Made by a program: the position numbers and the translations under genes
Shown here: positions 12,807 through 22,342 of the stretch, one piece after another
How the letters are laid out: each line of letters starts with the position of its first letter
How positions within the stretch are numbered: position 1 is the first letter of the stretch
Source: Hydrogenophaga sp.
Lineage (GTDB): Bacteria > Pseudomonadota > Gammaproteobacteria > Burkholderiales > Burkholderiaceae_C
Assembly: GCA_011391595.1 (NCBI GenBank)
Contig: JAABQG010000015.1
Span: 702 to 64,701, forward strand
Length of the DNA stretch: 64,000 bases
Direction: 5' to 3'
Notes under the pieces: model-generated
What the model was told of the DNA's origin: nothing
The model's input: the letters and a program-made list of their open reading frames with translations, nothing else
Database searches by the model: none

Positions 12807-12938
12807 GTAAACCTCTTTATTGAGTTCTGCGGACGGATTTCCACAGAGCTTTTGAGTATAGCATGGTTTGCGGTCACTAACATACCACTACCCGTGCCGC
12901 GGAGTCCCGCAAGGGCATCTCTATAATCCTGCAACTTT

Positions 12939-13937
12939 TTGGCGAACTCTCCCTTGGCTGACCACTCCACCACCACATCCGGCGTTCTCGCACTCGTCGC
13001 CGGCGACATGCTTGAGGTCGACATGGTCATTGCGCGACGCCTGAACTCCGGCGTTCCGCTCGTCGGGGAAGTTTCCCGTTACATCATATCGGCTGGCGGT
13101 AAGCGGCTCCGCCCAGTGCTCTTGTTGTTGACCTGTGGCGCCCTGGGCTACCACGAGGCTCAGCGCTTCAACCTGGCCGCTGTCGTGGAATTCATTCACA
13201 CAGCCACCCTGTTGCACGACGATGTCGTCGACGAATCCACGCTGCGGCGCGGCCGATCGACCGCCAACGAGGCGTTCGGCAATCCTGCCAGCGTGCTGGT
13301 CGGAGACTTCCTCTACTCGCGTGCGTTCCAGATGATGGTGGAAGCCGACAACATGCGGGTGATGCAGATTCTGGCCGAGGCAACCAACGTTATTGCCGAG
13401 GGCGAGGTAATGCAGTTGATGAACATGCACGATGCCTCACTGGACGAAGCGGCCTATCTTCGCGTGATCCGCTCCAAAACGGCCAAGCTTTTTGAAGCCA
13501 GCGCCCGACTGGGCGCGGTTCTGGCCGCAAGCCCTGCGGAAGTCGAAAGCGCATGTGCAACCTATGGACAGGCGCTCGGTACCGCTTTTCAGGTGGTCGA
13601 CGACGTACTTGACTATGCTGGTGAAACCGCTGAAATGGGCAAGAATCTGGGTGATGACCTGCGCGAAGGCAAAGCCACTCTGCCCCTGATCATGGCCATG
13701 CAACTCGGCTCCTCCGACCAGCGTGACACGATCCGCGAAGCGATCGAAACCGGCGCAAAGGCGGATCTGGAGACGGTCGTGAACATCGTCAGGCAGACCG
13801 GCGCCCTCGAAGCCACCCTCGATGCCGCGTCGCGCGAAGCCAAGCGCGCCATCGCTGCGGCACGCGAACTGCCCCCGAATTTGTACACCGAGGGTTTGAT
13901 ACAATTGGCCGGTCAGCTTCTGGAACGTCGGCACTGA
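12939..13937 (+). CDS. ispB: octaprenyl diphosphate synthase (all-trans polyprenyl diphosphate synthase)
   Basis: Aspartate-rich motifs LLHDDVVDES and FQVVDDVLD; divergent from rplU as in many proteobacteria. The start is uncertain: the track start is a TTG only 11 nt after a TATAAT at 12922-12927. Confidence 0.88.
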   Translation: MANSPLADHSTTTSGVLALVAGDMLEVDMVIARRLNSGVPLVGEVSRYIISAGGKRLRPVLLLLTCGALGYHEAQRFNLAAVVEFIHTATLLHDDVVDESTLRRGRSTANEAFGNPASVLVGDFLYSRAFQMMVEADNMRVMQILAEATNVIAEGEVMQLMNMHDASLDEAAYLRVIRSKTAKLFEASARLGAVLAASPAEVESACATYGQALGTAFQVVDDVLDYAGETAEMGKNLGDDLREGKATLPLIMAMQLGSSDQRDTIREAIETGAKADLETVVNIVRQTGALEATLDAASREAKRAIAAARELPPNLYTEGLIQLAGQLLERRH

Positions 13938-13960
13938 GTTTTCCCGTCCGTTCCTCCCAT

Positions 13961-14037
13961 CGGGGTGTAGCTTAGCCTGGTAGAGCGCTACGTTCGGGAC
14001 GTAGAGGCCGGAGGTTCGAATCCTCTCACCCCGACCA
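13961..14037 (+). tRNA. tRNA-Pro (anticodon CGG)
   Basis: Hand-folded cloverleaf: acceptor CGGGGTG/CACCCCG; anticodon stem CTACG/CGTAG with loop TTCGGGA; T-arm GGAGG-TTCGAAT-CCTCT; 3' ACCA encoded. Confidence 0.9.
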
Positions 14038-14160
14038 AAACGGTAGCAATGTCTACTCCTGCCCACGTCTGGGCGATGCTTCCTGGTAATTCGGTTTACA
14101 GTCTCCTAGCAATCGGCGAAGATCAGCCTGTCATAAATTCCTGAGACATCATTGCTCTTC

Positions 14161-15897
14161 ATGGCTGTCGTTGAAACCGCTCCAAATGAAACAACTGCCA
14201 TGGCCCTGCCCGGGCTCGCGCGCGCATTGGTTGCGGCAGGCAAGCTCGGACAGAAGGCTGCCGAAGACATCTACCGGAAGGCGCAGACCAGCAAGACCAG
14301 CTTCATTTCCGAGCTGACAGGCTCAGGTGCGGTGTCGGCGCTTGACTTGGCGCACACCATGTCGGTGGCGTTTGCCGCTCCCCTGGTTGATCTTGACGCC
14401 ATTGACATCGCGCGGTTGCCGAAAGGCATTCTCGACCCGAAGATCTGTAGTGACTACCGTCTGGTCGTACTCAGCAAACGCGGCAACCGGGTGATCGTTG
14501 CCACGGCAGACCCCTCAGAGCAGTCAGCGGCCGAAAAGATCAAGTTCGCCACCCAACTGGGGGTGGATTGGGTGATCGCGGAATTCAACAAGCTGTCCAA
14601 ACTGGTGGAGCAAAACGCCACTACCGCCACTGAGGCGATGGACAACATTATTGGGGGCGATTTCGAGTTTGACGAAACGTCCATGGCCGCGTCGACGACC
14701 GAAACCACCGAAGCCGCCTCGGCGGAAGTGGATGACGCGCCCGTCGTCAAGTTCCTGCACAAGATGCTGCTTGACGCATTCAACATGCGTGCCTCGGACC
14801 TGCACTTCGAACCTTATGAATTCAACTACCGTGTCCGCTTTCGCATCGACGGTGAGTTGAGGGAAATTGCGTCACCGCCTGTTGCCATCAAGGAAAAGCT
14901 AGCCTCACGCATCAAGGTCATTTCGCGCCTGGACATCTCGGAGAAACGCATCCCGCAAGACGGCCGAATGAAACTCAAGGTCGGAGCGGACCGCACCGTT
15001 GACCTGCGGGTCAGCACTTTGCCGACACTGTTCGGCGAGAAAATCGTGATCCGTATTCTTGACCCCAGCAGTGCCAAGCTGGGTATTGACGCCCTTGGCT
15101 ATGAGCCCGAAGAAAAAGCCCGGTTGCTGAAGGCCATTGAACGGCCGTATGGAATGATCCTGGTGACAGGCCCGACCGGATCAGGCAAGACCGTGTCGCT
15201 CTACACTTGCCTGAACCTCCTGAACAAACCGGGCGTGAATATCGCGACAGCTGAAGACCCTTCAGAAATCAATATGCCAGGCGTCAACCAGGTCAACGTC
15301 AACGAAAAGGCGGGCCTGACATTCGCTGCTGCACTCAAGTCCTTTCTGCGCCAGGATCCGGACATCATCATGGTGGGCGAGATCCGCGATCTGGAGACTG
15401 CCGATATCTCGATCAAGGCGGCGCAGACCGGCCACTTGGTCCTGTCGACATTGCACACGAATGATGCGCCGACCACATTGACGCGGCTGCGCAACATGGG
15501 TATTGCCCCGTTCAACATTGCCTCCAGCGTGATCCTTATCAGCGCCCAGCGTCTGGCTCGCCGCTTGTGCGTCAATTGCAAAGTGCCTATGGACATTCCG
15601 CAGGAAACGCTGATCGAAGCGGGCTTCAAGGAAGATGAACTGGACGGCTCCTGGATGCCTTATCGGGCCGTCGGCTGCCAGATGTGCAACAACGGCTACA
15701 AGGGCCGCGTGGGTATTTATCAGGTCATGCCGATTACGGAAGACACCCAGCGCCTTATCCTTGCCGACGCCAGTGCGCTTGAAATTGCCGAGCAAGCGGA
15801 ACGCGAGGGAGTCCGCTCTCTACGGGGCTCGGGTCTGCACAAGGTCAGGCTGGGGTTGACTTCACTTGAAGAAGTACTGGCCGTGACCAACGAGTAA
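14161..15897 (+). CDS. pilB: type IV pilus assembly ATPase
   Basis: ATG 14161 (track start 14152 is TTG). GspE/PilB family with Walker A GPTGSGKT and C-terminal CxxC pairs (CVNCK, CQMCNNGYKGR). Confidence 0.93.
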   Translation: MAVVETAPNETTAMALPGLARALVAAGKLGQKAAEDIYRKAQTSKTSFISELTGSGAVSALDLAHTMSVAFAAPLVDLDAIDIARLPKGILDPKICSDYRLVVLSKRGNRVIVATADPSEQSAAEKIKFATQLGVDWVIAEFNKLSKLVEQNATTATEAMDNIIGGDFEFDETSMAASTTETTEAASAEVDDAPVVKFLHKMLLDAFNMRASDLHFEPYEFNYRVRFRIDGELREIASPPVAIKEKLASRIKVISRLDISEKRIPQDGRMKLKVGADRTVDLRVSTLPTLFGEKIVIRILDPSSAKLGIDALGYEPEEKARLLKAIERPYGMILVTGPTGSGKTVSLYTCLNLLNKPGVNIATAEDPSEINMPGVNQVNVNEKAGLTFAAALKSFLRQDPDIIMVGEIRDLETADISIKAAQTGHLVLSTLHTNDAPTTLTRLRNMGIAPFNIASSVILISAQRLARRLCVNCKVPMDIPQETLIEAGFKEDELDGSWMPYRAVGCQMCNNGYKGRVGIYQVMPITEDTQRLILADASALEIAEQAEREGVRSLRGSGLHKVRLGLTSLEEVLAVTNE

Positions 15898-15921
15898 AAC
15901 AATCGAAATCCGGAGAGCAAT

Positions 15922-17139
15922 ATGGCAACTGCAGCGTCCAGGAACGTAAGCGAGTTCGTTTTCGAATGGGAGGGCAAGGATCGCAACGGAAAACAGGTCC
16001 GTGGGGAGACCCGTGCTTCCGGCGAAAACCAGGTTCAGGCCGCATTGCGGCGCCAGGGTGTGTTCCCGACGAAGATCAAGAAGCGGAGGATGCGATCCGG
16101 CAAGAGAATCCGGCCCAAAGACCTGGCCATCTTCACGCGCCAACTTGCCACGATGATGAAGGCGGGCGTCCCGCTGCTGCAGGCCTTTGACATTGTCGGT
16201 CGCGGCAACGCCAATGCCAGCGTCACCAAGTTGCTCAATGAAATCCGTACCGATGTCGAGACGGGCACGTCGCTGAGCGCAGCCTTTCGCAAGTTCCCGA
16301 TGTACTTCGACAACCTTTACTGCAATCTGGTCGAAGCAGGCGAGGCTGCGGGCATTCTGGAGCAGTTGCTGGACCGCCTGGCCGTCTACATGGAAAAGAC
16401 GGAGGCCATCAAGTCGAAGATCAAGTCGGCGCTGATGTACCCCGCGTCCGTGGTCGTCGTGGCGTTCGTCGTGGTGGCTGTCATCATGATATTCGTGATC
16501 CCTGCATTCAAGAGCGTGTTCAGCTCATTTGGTGCCGACCTCCCTGCGCCGACCTTGTTCGTCATTGCCATGAGCGAATTTTTTGTCGCGTACTGGTGGC
16601 TTATTTTCGGCGGAATCTTCGGCGGGGCGTACTTTTTCATGCAAGCCTGGCGGCGCAGTGAAAAAATGCAGATGTTCATGGATCGTCTTCTTCTCAAGGT
16701 ACCCGTATTTGGCGCCTTGGTGGAAAAATCCGTGATTGCGCGCTGGACACGAACGCTCTCGACCATGTTTGCAGCCGGCGTTCCATTGGTGGAAGCGCTT
16801 GACTCCGTGGGCGGAGCATCCGGCAACCTGGTGTACGCGCAGGCAACCGAAAAAATCCAGCAGGAAGTCTCGACCGGTACCAGCCTGACGGCGGCCATGG
16901 GGAATGCCAATCTGTTTCCCTCCATGGTGTTGCAAATGAGCGCCATTGGCGAAGAATCCGGCTCGCTCGATCACATGCTTGGCAAGGCCGCTGACTTCTA
17001 TGAGGCAGAAGTGGACGACATGGTGGCCGGCCTGTCCAGCCTGATGGAACCTATCATCATCGTTTTTCTCGGAACCCTGATCGGTGGCATTGTGGTTTCG
17101 ATGTACTTGCCCATCTTCAAGCTCGGCCAGGTGGTCTGA
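15922..17139 (+). CDS. pilC: type IV pilus platform protein (GspF family)
   Basis: 405 aa; duplicated GspF domains; ggagag SD. Confidence 0.93.
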   Translation: MATAASRNVSEFVFEWEGKDRNGKQVRGETRASGENQVQAALRRQGVFPTKIKKRRMRSGKRIRPKDLAIFTRQLATMMKAGVPLLQAFDIVGRGNANASVTKLLNEIRTDVETGTSLSAAFRKFPMYFDNLYCNLVEAGEAAGILEQLLDRLAVYMEKTEAIKSKIKSALMYPASVVVVAFVVVAVIMIFVIPAFKSVFSSFGADLPAPTLFVIAMSEFFVAYWWLIFGGIFGGAYFFMQAWRRSEKMQMFMDRLLLKVPVFGALVEKSVIARWTRTLSTMFAAGVPLVEALDSVGGASGNLVYAQATEKIQQEVSTGTSLTAAMGNANLFPSMVLQMSAIGEESGSLDHMLGKAADFYEAEVDDMVAGLSSLMEPIIIVFLGTLIGGIVVSMYLPIFKLGQVV

Positions 17140-17981
17140 TGCTGGAGCCAGAGCTCGCCTATGCGGCGGTAGGGGGGGTGCTGGGGTTGTTGGTTGGTAG
17201 TTTCCTGAACGTCGTAATTTTTCGTCTTCCCAAAATACTCGAACGGCAGTGGGCGACCGAATGTGCCGAAATGGCAGGGAAAGAACTTGCTCGGGAGCCA
17301 AGCTTCAATCTGGTGGTTCCCCGTTCCCGGTGCCCGAACTGTGGTCACCAGATCCGCTGGTACGAGAACATACCCGTACTCAGCTTTTTTCTGTTGCGAG
17401 GGAAATGCTCCGCTTGCGGCGTGCCGATCGGATTTCGCTACCCAGCGGTGGAACTGATCACTGGCGCTGCGTTTTTCTGGTGCCTGTGGCGATGGGGTGC
17501 GACGCCGACTGCGGCCGCCTGGTGCGGTTTTTCGGCCATGGTGCTGGCTTTGGCACTGATTGACTGGGACACCACCCTATTGCCCGACGACATGACGCTC
17601 CCTCTGTTGTGGGCCGGACTGATTGCCTCTGCCCTTCAGTGGACGACTGTGCCCCTGGCTGCCTCTGTATGGGGCGCCGTGGCGGGCTACCTTTCGTTGT
17701 GGCTGATTTACTGGATTTTCAAGCTGGCAACGGGCAAGGAAGGCATGGGCTTTGGTGATTTCAAGCTGTTTGCGGCGCTGGGTGCCTGGTTCGGCTGGCA
17801 GGCGTTGGTTCCGATCGTCCTCATGGCGTCGGTCATTGGTGCCCTGGTCGGTATTGCAATGAAGTTTTCCAGCGGCCTGCGTGAAGGTGGCTACGTTCCC
17901 TTTGGGCCGTTTCTCGCGGGTGCCGGGCTCACCGCCATGGTCTTCGGACCCCAGTCCATTCTGCGCATTGTGGGACTTTAG
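17139..17981 (+). CDS. pilD: prepilin peptidase / N-methyltransferase (A24 family)
   Basis: 280 aa. Cys motifs CPNCGHQI...CSACG and GMGFGDFKL. Start overlaps the pilC stop (TGATG). Confidence 0.93.
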   Translation: MLEPELAYAAVGGVLGLLVGSFLNVVIFRLPKILERQWATECAEMAGKELAREPSFNLVVPRSRCPNCGHQIRWYENIPVLSFFLLRGKCSACGVPIGFRYPAVELITGAAFFWCLWRWGATPTAAAWCGFSAMVLALALIDWDTTLLPDDMTLPLLWAGLIASALQWTTVPLAASVWGAVAGYLSLWLIYWIFKLATGKEGMGFGDFKLFAALGAWFGWQALVPIVLMASVIGALVGIAMKFSSGLREGGYVPFGPFLAGAGLTAMVFGPQSILRIVGL

Positions 17982-17988
17982 ACCCGCG

Positions 17989-18597
17989 ATGCCTGGCACG
18001 ATTCTGGTCGGACTCACCGGTGGCATTGGCAGCGGGAAGAGTACGGTCTCCGCATTCCTTGCGACGCTTGGGGCCACGATCATCGACGCAGATGCAATTT
18101 CACGCAGCCTGACCGAAGCCGGGGGCGGCGCCATCCCATCGATCCGCGACCGTTTTGGCCCGGCTTTCGTCACATCCGACGGCGCATTGGACCGAATCCG
18201 GATGCGCGAACTTGCGTTCAAGGATCAGGATGCAAAACGGCAGCTTGAAGCCATCATTCACCCACTGGTAGGCGCGACCACACAGTTACAAGCACGCCAC
18301 GCCATTGAGAAAGGCCTGCCCTGCGTGGTGTTCGACATACCGCTGCTGGTGGAGTCAGGCCAGTGGCGGTCAAGGCTCCACCGAGTCATCGTGGTTGACT
18401 GCCCCGAGGCGACACAGGTCGAACGGGTTGTCGCCCGCAACGGAATGCCTAGAGATGAAGTTGAGAGAATCATTGCATCGCAAGCCCCTCGAAAACACAG
18501 GCTTTCGGCGGCCGATATCGTGATCCATAACCTGAACCTGTCTTTCGATGCCCTTCGCGCGGAAGTCGCGCAACTTGCCGCTCCCTTCGGTCTATGA
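17989..18597 (+). CDS. coaE: dephospho-CoA kinase
   Basis: Track ORF trimmed to ATG 17989 (MPGTILVGLTGGIGSGKST, P-loop at N-terminus). Confidence 0.92.
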   Translation: MPGTILVGLTGGIGSGKSTVSAFLATLGATIIDADAISRSLTEAGGGAIPSIRDRFGPAFVTSDGALDRIRMRELAFKDQDAKRQLEAIIHPLVGATTQLQARHAIEKGLPCVVFDIPLLVESGQWRSRLHRVIVVDCPEATQVERVVARNGMPRDEVERIIASQAPRKHRLSAADIVIHNLNLSFDALRAEVAQLAAPFGL

Positions 18598-18619
18598 TTG
18601 GAATACTGGAACCTGCAGC

Positions 18620-19375
18620 GTGATTCTGTACGAATACCCCTTCAACGAGCGCATCCGCACCTACTTGCGGCTGGAGCATCTGTTTTTGCGACTTGATGAG
18701 TTGGTCACACGGGAAACCCCGCTGGACCACCACTACGCTTTGACCACCATTTTCGAGATCATGGACGTAGCAACGCGGGCTGATCTCAAATCCGACGTGC
18801 TCAAGGACTTGGAAAAGCAGAAGCAGATCCTGAACAGCTACCGCGGAAACCCTGCGATCTCTGAAGCCGTCCTGGATGACGTAGTGGGCCGGCTTGAGCA
18901 CTGCTTTTCTGCGCTGAGCGGATTGCCCGGCAAGGCTGGCCAATCCTTGACCGAGAACGACTGGCTGATGAGCGTGCGCAGCAGGGCGGTGATCCCGGGC
19001 GGCACGTGTGAGTTTGATTTGCCTGCCTACTTCGCATGGCAGCACAAGAGTGTTGGTACGCGGCATGCAGATCTTCATGCGTGGACCTCAACGTTGCAGC
19101 CCCTGGCGGAATCCATTCAGATATTGCTGAAGATGCTGCGCGATTCCGGAACCCCCCAGAAGGTGGTGGCTTCGGGCGGTCAATTTCAGCAACCCCTACC
19201 TCAAGGCCGCACCTTCCAGTTGCTCCGCCTGCGAATCGATCCGGACCTGGACTTGATTCCCGAGATCAGCGGCAATCGGCTGCTGGTTTCAGTACGATTG
19301 ATGCGACTTGCCGCTGACACTCGGCTGCACGCATGCAGTGATGACGCAGCGTTTGAGCTGACACTGTGCTCCTGA
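18620..19375 (+). CDS. zapD: cell division protein ZapD
   Basis: GTG 18620 gives a 251-aa product starting VILYEYPFNERIRTYLRLEHLF, a typical ZapD N-terminus. coaE-zapD-yacG order is conserved. Confidence 0.85.
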   Translation: MILYEYPFNERIRTYLRLEHLFLRLDELVTRETPLDHHYALTTIFEIMDVATRADLKSDVLKDLEKQKQILNSYRGNPAISEAVLDDVVGRLEHCFSALSGLPGKAGQSLTENDWLMSVRSRAVIPGGTCEFDLPAYFAWQHKSVGTRHADLHAWTSTLQPLAESIQILLKMLRDSGTPQKVVASGGQFQQPLPQGRTFQLLRLRIDPDLDLIPEISGNRLLVSVRLMRLAADTRLHACSDDAAFELTLCS

Positions 19376-19397
19376 TCCAGGAGTTCGCGACGCCACG

Positions 19398-19604
19398 ATG
19401 AAATCCGGAGTGACAACCCGTTGGGTGCGCTGTCCCGCCTGTGGCGGGGAAAGCCGTTACGCCGCGGACAATCCTTTCCGCCCGTTTTGCTGCGAACGGT
19501 GCAAAGGCATCGATCTGGGCGCTTGGGCCAGCGAGAGCTTCAGGGTGAACGCCAACGCACCCAGCGACGAATCCACGTCCCCAGAGGATGCTGGTTTGCA
19601 GTAA
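19398..19604 (+). CDS. yacG: DNA gyrase inhibitor YacG (zinc finger)
   Basis: 68 aa; CPACG...FCCERCKGIDLGAWASE. Confidence 0.88.
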   Translation: MKSGVTTRWVRCPACGGESRYAADNPFRPFCCERCKGIDLGAWASESFRVNANAPSDESTSPEDAGLQ

Positions 19605-19626
19605 TTCAAGAGAAAACCGCCAGTTC

Positions 19627-19669
19627 CCAGCGAGTATTGGACATCGTTAGCTATCTAATTTGTAGCACC
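19627..19669 (-). repeat. dispersed GTAG two-hairpin repeat (REP-like), copy between yacG and the NUDIX gene, overlapping the NUDIX stop codon
   Basis: ccagcgagtattggacatcgttaGCTAtctaatttgTAGCacc aligns with the 11010 copy (ccagcg, tggac, agcta, tgtagca blocks). Confidence 0.5.
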
Positions 19670-20125
19670 CTGAAATCCCTGCTCTGAAGCAAACCATTGA
19701 AGGACCGGCACGGTCCCTGGTAATACCGGTCCCACCTGCACAGGCAAATGCTGCCAGGCAAACGACTGGCCCTCGCGCATCTGAAGAGACCCTGCCCAGT
19801 CAAAGACCTTGCAAAAATTCAGCCTGATCAGCGCATGGGGGTAGTCCACCATCTGCTCCCTCCAGCGAATCACCGGGCCAATGTCCAGCCCCAGTTCTTC
19901 GTGAAGCTCCCGGGCCAGAGCTTGCTCGATGCTTTCCCCGGGTTCCACCTTCCCGCCCGGGAACTCCCAGTAGCCTGCATACACTTTGCCGTCAGGGCGT
20001 GACGTCAGGAGAAAATCCCCATCCGGTCGGATCAGCACACCCACGGCGACCTCTACAACCGTGCGGTCCGGCCCCCCTTCCCGCCGGCAATCCGGATCCG
20101 CGGTCAGCAACATCGGGGCCCTCAT
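19655..20125 (-). CDS. NUDIX hydrolase (MutT-like 8-oxo-dGTP diphosphatase)
   Basis: 156 aa. Nudix box GGKVEPGESIEQALARELHEELGL. ATG overlaps the stop of the upstream ATPase gene (ATGA). Confidence 0.85.
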   Translation of the reverse strand: MRAPMLLTADPDCRREGGPDRTVVEVAVGVLIRPDGDFLLTSRPDGKVYAGYWEFPGGKVEPGESIEQALARELHEELGLDIGPVIRWREQMVDYPHALIRLNFCKVFDWAGSLQMREGQSFAWQHLPVQVGPVLPGTVPVLQWFASEQGFQGATN

Positions 20126-21000
20126 GCCAGGACAGGATGTTTACCCATGTAGTCCCGGGCAAACTGGTAGGCCACCCTGCCACTCCGAGAACCGCGCTCC
20201 AGCGCCCAGATCAGCGCTTCAGGGCGTGCAACCTCGATCACAGTCTGATCCGCTCCCAGGTCCGTCAACCACTGCGCGACGATCGTCAGGTATTCTTCCT
20301 GGCTGAACGGATAGAAACTGACCCAAAGGCCGAACCGCTCCGACAAGGAGATTTTTTCCTCAATCACTTCGCCCGGATGGACTTCGCCGTCATCGGTATG
20401 GGAGTAGCTCAGATTTTCCTTCATGTATTCAGGTAGCAGGTGGCGGCGGTTGCTGGTGGCATAAACGAGCACATTGGGCGTGGCAGCAGCGATCGACCCA
20501 TCCAGGATGGATTTCAGCGCCTTGTAGCCAGGCTCGCCCTCCTCAAAGCTCAAATCATCACAGAAGACGATGAACTTCTCCGGGCGCTCCGCCACAATTT
20601 CAACGATATCGGGCAGGTCGGTCAGGTCCGCCTTGTCCACCTCGATAAGACGCAGCCCCTGGTCGGCATAGGCGTTCAGACAAGCCTTGATCAAAGAGGA
20701 CTTTCCGGTACCCCGCGCCCCTGTCAGCAGCACGTTGTTGGCCGGTTTTCCCTGGACAAACTGGAGCGTGTTGCGCTCGATCTTCTCCTTCTGGGCGTCA
20801 ATCTCCTTCAGGTCGTCCAGCGACAAGGTCGCCACATGGCGTACACGTTCCAGGGTGCCATGCCCCGAACTGCGCTTGCGGTAGCGCCAGGCAACCGCCA
20901 TACCCCAGTCTGGCGCTGACAGCGGTTGCGGCAGCACTGCTTCAATACGGGAAATCAGCTCCTCAGCCCGTTCCAGCAAATGTTCAAATTTTTCATTCAT
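20122..21000 (-). CDS. DUF815-type AAA ATPase (function unknown)
   Basis: 292 aa; Walker A GARGTGKSS; Walker B-like FIVFCDDLSF. Confidence 0.8.
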   Translation of the reverse strand: MNEKFEHLLERAEELISRIEAVLPQPLSAPDWGMAVAWRYRKRSSGHGTLERVRHVATLSLDDLKEIDAQKEKIERNTLQFVQGKPANNVLLTGARGTGKSSLIKACLNAYADQGLRLIEVDKADLTDLPDIVEIVAERPEKFIVFCDDLSFEEGEPGYKALKSILDGSIAAATPNVLVYATSNRRHLLPEYMKENLSYSHTDDGEVHPGEVIEEKISLSERFGLWVSFYPFSQEEYLTIVAQWLTDLGADQTVIEVARPEALIWALERGSRSGRVAYQFARDYMGKHPVLA

Positions 21001-21017
21001 TTCGGATGGGCCCGCTG

Positions 21018-22247
21018 TCAGGATCGGTAGTCGGCGTTGATGGTGACGTATTCATGGCTGAAATCGCAGGTCCAGACCGTGTCCGCGGCCGTGCCGCGAC
21101 CCAGCAGGACCTTGACCGTGATTTCACTTTGCTTCATGACTCTCTGGCCGTCCTCCTCGCGATAGACCGGATTTCGCCCTCCCTTGACGGCCACATGAAC
21201 ATCGTCGAGAAAAAGGTCAATCTTTGTCTGGTCGAGATCTTCAATCCCGGCGTAACCGACAGCCGCCAGAATACGGCCCAGATTGGGATCGCTGGCGAAA
21301 AACGCGGTCTTGACCAGCGGCGAATGGGCAATCGCATAGGCCACCTGCCGGCACTCATTTCCGGTCTTGCCCCCCTCCACACGCACTGTGATGAACTTGG
21401 TCGCACCCTCTCCGTCACGGACGATGGCCTGCGCCAGCTTTCGGGCCACATCCATCATCGCCTGCTTGAGTACCAGCCCATCCTCGCCATCAAGCCGCGT
21501 AACCGGGCTGTGCTCGGCCTTGTTGGTGGCAATGACAACGAAAGAATCGTTGGTCGAGGTGTCGCCATCGATCGTCACCCGATTGAACGAACCTTCAGCC
21601 AGTTCAGTCGCAAGCTGCTTCATCACAGACGGGGCAACGCAGGCATCGGTTGCCAGGAAGCCCAGCATCGTGGCCATGTTGGGCCGGATCATGCCGGCCC
21701 CCTTGCTGATGCCGGTGATGGTGACAAGCGACTGCCCGATTTTCACGCGTGCGCTGAATGCCTTCGGCAAAGTGTCGGTGGTCATGATGCCCTCGGCCGC
21801 TCGCCCCCAATGACTCGCACTGGCATCATCCAGCGCCGTCGGCAGGCCGGCTTCAATTCGATCCACTGGGAGAGGCTCCATGATGACACCCGTGGAAAAA
21901 GGCAAAATCTGCTCAGGGGCCAGCCCGAGCCGGGTTGCGAGCGCAAGACAGGTCGCGCGCGCCCGCGCCAAACCTTCCTGACCGGTTCCCGCATTGGCAT
22001 TGCCCGTATTGATCACCAAGGCTCGAATGCCCATGCCTTTCGAAAGATGTTCCCGGCACACCTGGACTGGCGCGGCGCAAAATCGGTTCTGGGTGAACAC
22101 GCCCGACACGGTGGCACCTTCATCGAGCAGGATCACCGTCAGGTCCTTGCGGCCCTCCTTGCGGATACCGGCCTCAGTGACACCGAGGCGAACCCCGGCG
22201 ACCGGAAAAAGGTCTGAAGATTTGGGGGCGGAAAGATTGACAGGCAT
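21018..22247 (-). CDS. argJ: bifunctional ornithine acetyltransferase / N-acetylglutamate synthase
   Basis: 409 aa; autoproteolytic site region [13 protein letters not shown]. Confidence 0.95.
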   Translation of the reverse strand: MPVNLSAPKSSDLFPVAGVRLGVTEAGIRKEGRKDLTVILLDEGATVSGVFTQNRFCAAPVQVCREHLSKGMGIRALVINTGNANAGTGQEGLARARATCLALATRLGLAPEQILPFSTGVIMEPLPVDRIEAGLPTALDDASASHWGRAAEGIMTTDTLPKAFSARVKIGQSLVTITGISKGAGMIRPNMATMLGFLATDACVAPSVMKQLATELAEGSFNRVTIDGDTSTNDSFVVIATNKAEHSPVTRLDGEDGLVLKQAMMDVARKLAQAIVRDGEGATKFITVRVEGGKTGNECRQVAYAIAHSPLVKTAFFASDPNLGRILAAVGYAGIEDLDQTKIDLFLDDVHVAVKGGRNPVYREEDGQRVMKQSEITVKVLLGRGTAADTVWTCDFSHEYVTINADYRS

Positions 22248-22293
22248 GTGACGCTTTCGATACGAGCTTCAATTATCCAGAAAATGATGGCCT

Positions 22294-22320
22294 GAAAGAA
22301 AAACGGGCCGTAGCCCGTTT
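22294..22320 (-). terminator. rho-independent terminator after secA
   Basis: Minus strand AAACGGGCtacgGCCCGTTT followed by ttctttcagg (run of 5 T counting the stem end), 23 nt after the secA stop. Confidence 0.7.
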
Positions 22321-22342
22321 CTGTTTCACTCCCGCAAGCGGT

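Noticed and set aside
14044-14115. GTAGCAAT / TAGCAATC words downstream of tRNA-Pro as further copies of the dispersed repeat
   Set aside because: Only the 8-nt word is shared, with no second hairpin or CGCTGG end. This is below what I can distinguish from chance.
14161-19604. The pilBCD-coaE-zapD-yacG block looks somewhat less GC-rich by eye than the his/glt region; considered as a horizontally acquired island
   Set aside because: The gene content and order form a conserved core arrangement, there are no integrase or flanking repeats beyond the adjacent tRNA-Pro, and secA shows similar composition. I could not compute GC, so no claim is made.
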